From: Escherichia phage AV127
Sequence record: OR352957
Length of the DNA stretch: 53,045 nucleotides
Strand: one strand, 5' to 3'
The position numbers and the translations under genes are program-made. Below the pieces are notes generated by a model. It was given only the letters and a program-made list of their open reading frames with translations. It ran no database searches and had not been told where the DNA came from. The first letter of the stretch is position 1, and each line of letters starts with the position of its first letter. This document shows positions 46,588-53,045 of this stretch, piece by piece.

Positions 46588-47056
46588 CGTTAAACTCCTC
46601 AATGCTGAATTCATCGTATACAATATTATGTGCCCACAAATGAGCGACGGCATTTGCCATGCTATCCTTCCATTTGGATTGTGAAGCTGTATGTGCCAAT
46701 GCAACTACACGTACCAGGTTAAGGTTGGCTATCAGCATGTTAGCACAATGTTCGCACGGCGGGTAGGTTATGTAGATGGTAACCGGGCCTAACGAAGGAG
46801 TGTCTAGCTCTCTCCTTATATTAGCTAAGGTGTTTATCTCGCTATGAATAGTTAGAGCGTTCTTGAGGCTATTAGGCACTATTCTTATAGAGTCTAGCTG
46901 CGTAGGTAAGCCGTTATATCCAGTGGAAATAATACGCTTGTTCTGGTCTACAAGAACGCTACCGACCTGGCGTTTCGGGTCATTCGACCAGCTTGCAACT
47001 TCACAAGCTATGCGCATAAACCGCCTGTCCCACTTGTCCATCTTCTTCTTTTGCAT
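46571..47056 (-). CDS. dCMP deaminase (cytidine/deoxycytidylate deaminase family)
   Basis: Zinc-binding motifs HSE and PCEHC. Confidence 0.7.
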   Translation of the reverse strand: MQKKKMDKWDRRFMRIACEVASWSNDPKRQVGSVLVDQNKRIISTGYNGLPTQLDSIRIVPNSLKNALTIHSEINTLANIRRELDTPSLGPVTIYITYPPCEHCANMLIANLNLVRVVALAHTASQSKWKDSMANAVAHLWAHNIVYDEFSIEEFNDAQSV

Positions 47057-47078
47057 GGTAGTCTCCGTATACGAAAAT

Positions 47079-47094
47079 AGGGGCCGAAGCCCCT
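47079..47094 (-). promoter_or_regulatory. Intercistronic RNA hairpin GGGGC-UUCG-GCCCC between SSB-like gene and dCMP deaminase
   Basis: Same 14-nt core as 40538-40551; lies at the left edge of the tandem duplication. Confidence 0.55.
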
Positions 47095-47769
47095 ATTGAA
47101 TATCTACTCGGCAGGGATTACTCTTCCCAAGGAGCTGCTTCACCGTCATCAGCACCAGGTGCCGTTGCAGTAGCATTCGCCTTCGTTGAAGTACCCGCAC
47201 CTGCACCTACTTTCTTCGTCGTCGATGCAGTTGCTTGAGACTGACCGCCTACTGCAGTAGTTGCTTCAGTTGACGCTTTGTATTCACGAATATCGTTCTG
47301 TGGGTCGTACTCACCGGTCTTGTCAACGCGAATACCTACTTTGCCAGCTACGATACGGTTTTCCAGCATACCAGTAGAAGTCAGTTCAACAATACCCAGA
47401 GCACGGCACAATGCAGACAGTTTGCGCCGAAGCCCCTATTGAATATCTACTCGGCAGGGATTACTCTTCCCAAGGAGCTGCTTCACCGTCATCAGCACCA
47501 GGTGCCGTTGCAGTAGCATTCGCCTTCGTTGAAGTACCCGCACCTGCACCTACTTTCTTCGTCGTCGATGCAGTTGCTTGAGACTGACCGCCTACTGCAG
47601 TAGTTGCTTCAGTTGACGCTTTGTATTCACGAATATCGTTCTGTGGGTCGTACTCACCGGTCTTGTCAACGCGAATACCTACTTTGCCAGCTACGATACG
47701 GTTTTCCAGCATACCAGTAGAAGTCAGTTCAACAATACCCAGAGCACGGCACAATGCAGACAGTTTGCG
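47084..47769. repeat. Tandem direct duplication, two 343-bp units (47084-47426 and 47427-47769)
   Basis: Units read as identical; junction CAGTTTGCG|CCGAAGCCCC. Confidence 0.85.
47118..47411 (-). pseudogene. Truncated duplicate of the SSB-like gene 3' half (97 codons, no proper start)
   Basis: Protein identical to C-terminus of 47461-48006; upstream frame hits a stop at the duplication junction. Confidence 0.55.
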
Positions 47770-48006
47770 ATGACCGATTTCAACAGCTTGTGAGTTAGGG
47801 TTGGAGTAAGTAATCATGTCAAACACAACACGGTTAGCGAACTCACCTTCCTGCACTTTCAAACGCAGGGACAGATAAGAACCGGTGCCTGCTTTAGTCG
47901 GCTTCAGCTCAACCTCTTCAATCATGAAGTTGTACCAGCCTTTCGGGATCGGGTCAAAAGACTGTTGCGGTTCGACGGTAGAGCTGTTGAAGTTTAATTC
48001 AGCCAT
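47461..48006 (-). CDS. Putative ssDNA-binding protein (Sak4-associated type)
   Basis: 181 aa with low-complexity T/A/G linker and acidic-aromatic tail ...DDGEAAPWEE; next to RecA-like ATPase. Confidence 0.4.
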   Translation of the reverse strand: MAELNFNSSTVEPQQSFDPIPKGWYNFMIEEVELKPTKAGTGSYLSLRLKVQEGEFANRVVFDMITYSNPNSQAVEIGHRKLSALCRALGIVELTSTGMLENRIVAGKVGIRVDKTGEYDPQNDIREYKASTEATTAVGGQSQATASTTKKVGAGAGTSTKANATATAPGADDGEAAPWEE

Positions 48007-48113
48007 TGTTTGGTATCCTGTTTAAGTTTAGTTTAATTTCGTTTAACGCTTTACCGGCAGCGTTCGGCCGTGATGCTTATTATACGCCACTTTTTATCAT
48101 GGCGTAAACACTT

Positions 48114-48998
48114 TTATTCGCCGGATTCTTTTTCAGCTTGAGCAGCTTTCTTCGCCATCCAGGCTTGGTGCTTCTCTTTCGATTCGTCTGAACCGATTTT
48201 AGTGAGTTGCACATTCGGGTCGTCGTTCTGCATTTGCTCTGCAGCTCGACCAGTCAGAAGCAGGTAGCTGTCTGACTCCGGATGATAATACCACAGCTGG
48301 TAAGGATGATAGCCTTGTAGCTTATCATAAATCCAGCCCAGATCTGCAGGTTCACGTGCATCCAGTTCACGGCCTGGTGCGTTACGGCACTTAGCTTCCC
48401 ATTGATAGTCAGGTTGTGTCTGAATATAACGTTCGCTGTTACCGTTGGCGTCTGGTGCAGTCATACGCAAAGCAAGTACCGCATCCATAAGATACGGCAA
48501 CTGTTTAGGTAACTGCTGGCCTGGCATAAGAGGTGAGTACAACATTGCACCAGTAACCTCGTCCTTGTTCTTCTCAAGCTTGCACAAGTATGCAACGCTG
48601 AAAGGCAAGTCACGGAACTGGCGCATGATGTACATCATCTTGTCGTTGGTGCTACCATACGCCTGTCGTTTGTCGTTAACCTGCGACTTCTCGTAGTCCA
48701 GACAAACCTCAGCTACATATGACAACGAGTCGAAAATCAGATGCTCATACTTCTGCGCATCCTTACTTTCGGTAAGCCATTTGTATAACGCCAGAATGTC
48801 GTTGAACGTATTGATTGGTGTAGAGTCAATGTCAGCGTCTGCAATTGACATCAAACCGCCTTCAGCATTAATGACAAGAACCTTGTCATGAGGCAAGGTC
48901 TTAGCCAGGGTTGTTTTACCAACACCTGACGCGCCGTAAATAGCGACCTTAGGTCGCTTATTTTCTACGGCTTGTTTAGTAGATACAATCTGAACCAT
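48114..48998 (-). CDS. Sak4-like RecA-fold ATPase
   Basis: Walker A GASGVGKTT near N-terminus, about 290 aa, adjacent to SSB-like gene. Confidence 0.5.
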   Translation of the reverse strand: MVQIVSTKQAVENKRPKVAIYGASGVGKTTLAKTLPHDKVLVINAEGGLMSIADADIDSTPINTFNDILALYKWLTESKDAQKYEHLIFDSLSYVAEVCLDYEKSQVNDKRQAYGSTNDKMMYIMRQFRDLPFSVAYLCKLEKNKDEVTGAMLYSPLMPGQQLPKQLPYLMDAVLALRMTAPDANGNSERYIQTQPDYQWEAKCRNAPGRELDAREPADLGWIYDKLQGYHPYQLWYYHPESDSYLLLTGRAAEQMQNDDPNVQLTKIGSDESKEKHQAWMAKKAAQAEKESGE

Positions 48999-49228
48999 TA
49001 ATGATAGTCCTCGTAAAGTGATTCTTCATCGCAATACATACGATAAAGAGCTTCTTCGGCTTCTTCCAGAGTGTCGAACTCCTCGCCACAGACGGAGTAC
49101 GTTGTGGGTTCATCAAATGACTCGACGATGTGCCAGTCATGATGAACGCCATATGTCAATAAATCGCAGTTATCTTTTGCGACAAGCTTACGTGTTGAAC
49201 GAAATTGCTCGATAGTTTGGATGCTCAT
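48998..49228 (-). CDS. Hypothetical small acidic protein (start at internal ATG)
   Basis: GAGGAG SD precedes ATG 49228 (MSIQTIEQ...). Confidence 0.4.
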   Translation of the reverse strand: MSIQTIEQFRSTRKLVAKDNCDLLTYGVHHDWHIVESFDEPTTYSVCGEEFDTLEEAEEALYRMYCDEESLYEDYH

Positions 49229-49255
49229 ATTCTCTCTCCTCATGTGTATGAGGAT

Positions 49256-49285
49256 ATTATACACCACTTACATGTGATATGTACA
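49256..49285 (-). promoter_or_regulatory. Early promoter TGTACA-N18-TATAAT with GTGGTG upstream of -10
   Basis: Minus strand reads AAGTGGTGTATAAT. Confidence 0.4.
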
Positions 49286-49288
49286 CTA

Positions 49289-49735
49289 CTATTTTACACG
49301 AACAGCTTGACACGATAAACGCGACAAACCGAGATTAGCTATAACGCCATCAAGCAATACGCCTGCATGCTCTTCATTGTATGCTTCTACCCACAAAGGG
49401 ATGGTTACGCCTTTCATATGGTCGCTGTATACGTTGAACGTAAACAATTGTTTGTGTGCTTTGTCAACACGCACAACAGTAAGATTACCATCCTCGCGTG
49501 ACGGAAGCTCAACGCCGTTATTACTCCAGAAGTTACGGAACTCGTCGCTGTTAACAATACCATGCACGACACGTTCTGTAAGTTCTGTTTTGAGGTCAGC
49601 ACGTGCCTTTGTACTGATAAAGAAACGACAAGAGAAGAAGGCATTGACGTTTAGCACATCGACAGCATACACAACGTTATGCTCTTCAGTAGTTGGCGCT
49701 TTATAAACAATATATTTAGTTTTGAACAGGTCCAT
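49289..49735 (-). CDS. Hypothetical protein (148 aa)
   Basis: ORF track. Confidence 0.45.
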   Translation of the reverse strand: MDLFKTKYIVYKAPTTEEHNVVYAVDVLNVNAFFSCRFFISTKARADLKTELTERVVHGIVNSDEFRNFWSNNGVELPSREDGNLTVVRVDKAHKQLFTFNVYSDHMKGVTIPLWVEAYNEEHAGVLLDGVIANLGLSRLSCQAVRVK

Positions 49736-49783
49736 AGTACTCTCCAGGGAGGAAGACTGGCGGGCTTGTACCCGCCAAAGTTA

Positions 49784-50689
49784 TTACAGCAGTTCTGCTT
49801 TAAGTGCAGCGATACCATCGAGCAACGCTTTGATGTCAGGGTTAGATGCTGCCAGGTCTGCAACAACTGACTGACGACGACGTTCCAGCTCTTTCTCAAC
49901 TTCCAGGTCGAGGCGTGCTGATGCTTCACGCAGTAAGTCTTCAACCTGCTGACGACGCTGGTACTTGTTAAAGTCAGGTACATCAACCAGCCATTTGAGA
50001 GTCGCAGTGTTATAGCCAGAAGTATTGGCTGCACTTACAGACACAACATCAACCAGCTTGGTACCGTTCAGCTCCGGATAGTTAACATTGCGAACGTCAA
50101 CAACCGCTTTGTCACCTACACTTACTTTGCCGATGTACTTGTAAGTGTACACACGACCATTCGGTTCAAACTTAACACCGACGAACTTCAGTTTATCGTC
50201 GGCAATAACTTCTTCTTCAACTTTGAAGTTGATTGCTGTGTTCTTGACAGGTGCAGCTGCTTTGAGCTTAGCAACCATGTACTGTTCGGAATGAGCAGGA
50301 CGGCACAGACGGAATACGTCTTCATTGTACGTCAGCCAGTTACCGGTTTCGTCCATGCATGCAATCTGATTAGTGCCATCCAGCGAACGAACGCCAGGGC
50401 GATTCTTCTCAACACGATACAGCTTACCTTTTTTCAGGTTAGCATAAGAACGGCGGGCGATACCCCAGTTGTGTTTTTCAGATTCATACTTAGCGAAACG
50501 GTCAACACTGAAGTTCTGCTTCAGACCGCGGTCGTCAATTACCCATAAGTTATCGTAAGCACCGCCGAAAGAACCCAGGTTGGCATACACTTTGCCCTGC
50601 GTCAGCAGGGAAGTGTTTCCCTCGTCAACACAGATAACAAAACCCAGAGCTTCGTGTGCTTTACCGCTGCGGTCAAATACTGTAGTCAT
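49784..50689 (-). CDS. Hypothetical protein (301 aa)
   Basis: ORF track; coiled-coil C-terminus. Confidence 0.45.
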   Translation of the reverse strand: MTTVFDRSGKAHEALGFVICVDEGNTSLLTQGKVYANLGSFGGAYDNLWVIDDRGLKQNFSVDRFAKYESEKHNWGIARRSYANLKKGKLYRVEKNRPGVRSLDGTNQIACMDETGNWLTYNEDVFRLCRPAHSEQYMVAKLKAAAPVKNTAINFKVEEEVIADDKLKFVGVKFEPNGRVYTYKYIGKVSVGDKAVVDVRNVNYPELNGTKLVDVVSVSAANTSGYNTATLKWLVDVPDFNKYQRRQQVEDLLREASARLDLEVEKELERRRQSVVADLAASNPDIKALLDGIAALKAELL

Positions 50690-50803
50690 TTCTTGTTTCC
50701 TTGTATACCAGTTTGATTGTATGCCAGAGATATTCCCTGCGCATGTGCTTTATTGCTTAACCGTTAAAGACATTATGTCATTAGTGAGTGGTGACGTACA
50801 CAT

Positions 50804-51094
50804 TTATTTTAAGGCAGAAGTGCAAATAGCATCACACAAACAATAATGAGCACGGTCGTAGTCCTCAAACAGGAACACTTCACCATTGGCGACTACTTCT
50901 GTATCGTTAACATGCAGGTCAATACCCGCATGGATGAGTACGTCCATAGCCTGGTCCTTGTTCTTATACGGATCCCAAATAAGCTGGAAGCCTGACCCAC
51001 AAAGGAGACAACCTTTGAGCTCCGGAAGAGATGACTCTTTCACAGTCACATTACAAATCTTAGCCAGCTTAGCGCGAGAATCGAGAGTGCTCAT
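50804..51094 (-). CDS. Hypothetical Cys-containing protein (96 aa)
   Basis: ORF track; 4-nt overlap with upstream gene. Confidence 0.4.
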   Translation of the reverse strand: MSTLDSRAKLAKICNVTVKESSLPELKGCLLCGSGFQLIWDPYKNKDQAMDVLIHAGIDLHVNDTEVVANGEVFLFEDYDRAHYCLCDAICTSALK

Positions 51095-51393
51095 TTACAT
51101 TTACCTTTACATTTGTGTGGAGGTGTATATGTTTTCTTCGGTACGCCGAACATGGCGGCATAGGTACCGACTTCTTTCTTTGTTGGCTTATCCACAATCT
51201 CGTCGGCCACGATAAAGTCTGGTCTGAGGGCACGACCTGTACAGCCAAAGACTTCAGCCGCTCTTTTCTCAACAGGAGTAAAGTCAATAACCAGCTCTTT
51301 GCCTATCAGACTTTCTTTGAACTTGTCAAATAGCCATTTGTCACGCGGACCAAGATTGCCCATAAACATAACATGCATCTGCTTATTGCCCAT
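51091..51393 (-). CDS. Hypothetical protein (100 aa)
   Basis: ORF track. Confidence 0.4.
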   Translation of the reverse strand: MGNKQMHVMFMGNLGPRDKWLFDKFKESLIGKELVIDFTPVEKRAAEVFGCTGRALRPDFIVADEIVDKPTKKEVGTYAAMFGVPKKTYTPPHKCKGKCK

Positions 51394-51461
51394 GGATGAT
51401 ATACCCCGTTATTTGTGTTGCCAGGTACAAGCCGTATACCACACACCCAACTAGTATGGCA

Positions 51462-51761
51462 TCAAGAATCAGATGAGCTATCTTCACGTTTGACTACCAC
51501 GTTACGGCTGTTAACCACTTCCAGGCTAATACCATCATCTTTGTGGGCTACACGAATAAATGCAACACCTTCGAGTTGTGCCTGTTCAATAGCTTTATTC
51601 AGCACGGCATTATCCTGCACCATATGACGTACACGAGGAAGGATATTGCAAAGTGGTTCCATCTCGTCCATTCCTGCAGTACGCATAATTGACTTGAGAA
51701 TGCCGAGGTGGTGACGGTAACGGTCTTCAACATTATACTTCTTGCCGTTATGCTTTAACAT
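51462..51761 (-). CDS. Hypothetical protein (start at internal ATG)
   Basis: GGAGG SD before ATG 51761 (MLKHNGKK...). Confidence 0.45.
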   Translation of the reverse strand: MLKHNGKKYNVEDRYRHHLGILKSIMRTAGMDEMEPLCNILPRVRHMVQDNAVLNKAIEQAQLEGVAFIRVAHKDDGISLEVVNSRNVVVKREDSSSDS

Positions 51762-51769
51762 GAAAGCCT

Positions 51770-51799
51770 CCAAAAGTCAGGGGGCTTGTGCTAAGCCCC
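51770..51799 (-). terminator. Hairpin GGGGCTT-AGCAC-AAGCCCC plus U-tract, possible attenuating terminator
   Basis: Read directly on minus strand; overlaps SD of the next gene. Confidence 0.35.
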
Positions 51800-51814
51800 G
51801 TTTAATTACTCGGC

Positions 51815-52255
51815 TTATTCCGTATCTGCCGGTGTGAATGTTACAGTCGGAATACCTGGTGAAGTCTTCACAACAGGGTCGACGATAGCCAGCTGTTCTG
51901 GTGTCAGGTTACGATACGCAGTAACTGACATTTCGTACTTGGTTTTAAACAGCTTGGCAACAACAGTCTTCGGTAACTTCTTCATTACGTCAGGCACAAG
52001 CTTCTGATCAAGTGAGCGGTTAACCTTCTGCTCAACCTTGAGTTTACCAGGTACGCCATGCATGCTGAACTCAACCGTTTGTGTACCTTCTTTACCGCGG
52101 TTGATAATCATGTCGCGTTCAAGACGAGCCTTAATGGTCCGGCGCAACGTCTCCTGGTCAGCTTTCGCTTGTGCCATCCAGCGGTTCAGATTCGCCAGCT
52201 TGTCGTACAGCTGTTCCGTGTCCATCGATTCCAGTTCTTGTGGGGTCAGTGCCAT
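51815..52255 (-). CDS. Hypothetical protein (start at internal ATG)
   Basis: GAGGAAA SD before ATG 52255 (MALTPQELESMD...). Confidence 0.45.
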   Translation of the reverse strand: MALTPQELESMDTEQLYDKLANLNRWMAQAKADQETLRRTIKARLERDMIINRGKEGTQTVEFSMHGVPGKLKVEQKVNRSLDQKLVPDVMKKLPKTVVAKLFKTKYEMSVTAYRNLTPEQLAIVDPVVKTSPGIPTVTFTPADTE

Positions 52256-52526
52256 CAGTTGTTTCCTCAGGTTGCATGTGTATAGTTGCACCGATCAGTA
52301 AGCAATAGTTATTGAACATTGTACGTAGGGCTTGGCCCGCAGCAATATCCGTTACGTCTATTATACCACTTTTAGTGGTGACGCGTAAAGCTTTTTCTTT
52401 CTTTGTTTTTTCCACGAATGCAATGCTGATGATTTCTTCCGCATGGATTACGTGGATGGTACCTGCAAACTCACCAGTCTTAGCTGGCGCCTGGTACACT
52501 AACGACATAGACGGTTGGTTACTCAC
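52158..52526 (-). CDS. Hypothetical protein (122 aa); its 3' part overlaps the next promoter and gene
   Basis: ORF track; AGGAG before GTG 52526; true extent uncertain. Confidence 0.3.
   Translation of the reverse strand: MSNQPSMSLVYQAPAKTGEFAGTIHVIHAEEIISIAFVEKTKKEKALRVTTKSGIIDVTDIAAGQALRTMFNNYCLLIGATIHMQPEETTDGTDPTRTGIDGHGTAVRQAGESEPLDGTSES
52350..52379 (-). promoter_or_regulatory. Early promoter TTTACG-N18-TATAAT with CACCAC...GTGGT inverted repeat
   Basis: Minus strand reads TTTACGCGTCACCACTAAAAGTGGTATAAT. Confidence 0.45.
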
Positions 52527-52536
52527 TTAATTGCTC

Positions 52537-52974
52537 CTATTTATATAAGTCCATCCAGTTACGATACTCGTCATAAAACCGGTCAAACTCGTTTTTGGTG
52601 AGTGCAATAGCAACACCATTTACCAGATGCATGGTTCGTGTTTTGATGTTGACATACATGACATTGCTGTACGGAAATAAGCTACCGTCATTGTCAGTGA
52701 AATAAGTAGGTGTAATATGAAGCGCATCACGCAATGCAACCAGTGATTCAACAGCTTCAGCGTGCCATTCACGTTTGAAGGTCATGCAAGGCGGTGCACC
52801 GTCTTCGTCCTGGGTACCGCGCAAAGTAAGGTATACAATTTCGGCAGTATCATTGTGTACAATTACGCTAATGTCAACGATGTCGCTGGTACGGAAGGTA
52901 ACAAAGTGCTCTTCAATTACTTGTTCGTCGGTATTAGGGCTGACGCCCTGAAAGGTCTTGAGTGTGTGAAACAT
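52537..52974 (-). CDS. Hypothetical protein (145 aa), first gene of the minus-strand early block
   Basis: AAGGAG SD 8 nt before ATG; 5' end lies in the terminal repeat (also present as 1-156). Confidence 0.5.
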   Translation of the reverse strand: MFHTLKTFQGVSPNTDEQVIEEHFVTFRTSDIVDISVIVHNDTAEIVYLTLRGTQDEDGAPPCMTFKREWHAEAVESLVALRDALHITPTYFTDNDGSLFPYSNVMYVNIKTRTMHLVNGVAIALTKNEFDRFYDEYRNWMDLYK

Positions 52975-53045
52975 TGGTTGTATCTCCTTAGCAGAATATA
53001 CGTCTATTATGTATATAAAGGAGGGGAAAGTAAATAGATATAAAT
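52819..53045. repeat. Terminal redundancy copy 2 (direct repeat of 1-227)
   Basis: Exact identity to window start; unit length 52,818 bp. Confidence 0.9.

Overview
The window appears to be one complete unit (52,818 bp) of a tailed dsDNA phage genome; the first 227 bp recur exactly at the window end (direct terminal repeat or circular-assembly overlap). No tools were run: all calls come from reading the sequence and ORF track, and every homology statement is motif-level recollection, not a search result. Plus strand: a primase-polymerase/helicase fusion, a Bro-N gene broken at an A8 tract, DHFR-like and dNMP-kinase genes, then a complete late module (terminase, portal, scaffold, capsid, neck, Ig-like proteins, contractile tail with Mu/P2-like baseplate, fibre, lysis cassette). 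Minus strand (52974 down to 37067): the early/replication module (family A DNA polymerase, beta-clamp-like protein, SF2 helicase, Cas4-like nuclease, Sak4-like ATPase plus SSB-like protein, dCMP deaminase, MazG-like protein, thymidylate-synthase-fold enzyme). A separate island of small minus-strand ORFs (4584-7133) lies between two repeat-rich intergenic regions. The most interesting signal is a predicted cytosine C5-modification pathway: the thymidylate-synthase-fold enzyme carries Asp where ThyA has its uracil-specifying Asn. Other leads are a 560-nt structured noncoding region with three long inverted repeats, a candidate replication origin, a 343-bp tandem duplication, recurring UUCG-tetraloop hairpins and two promoter families. 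No integrase, repressor, tRNA, CRISPR array or RNA polymerase was recognised. Three N-runs (25651-25652, 29112-29171, 41349-41446) are assembly gaps.
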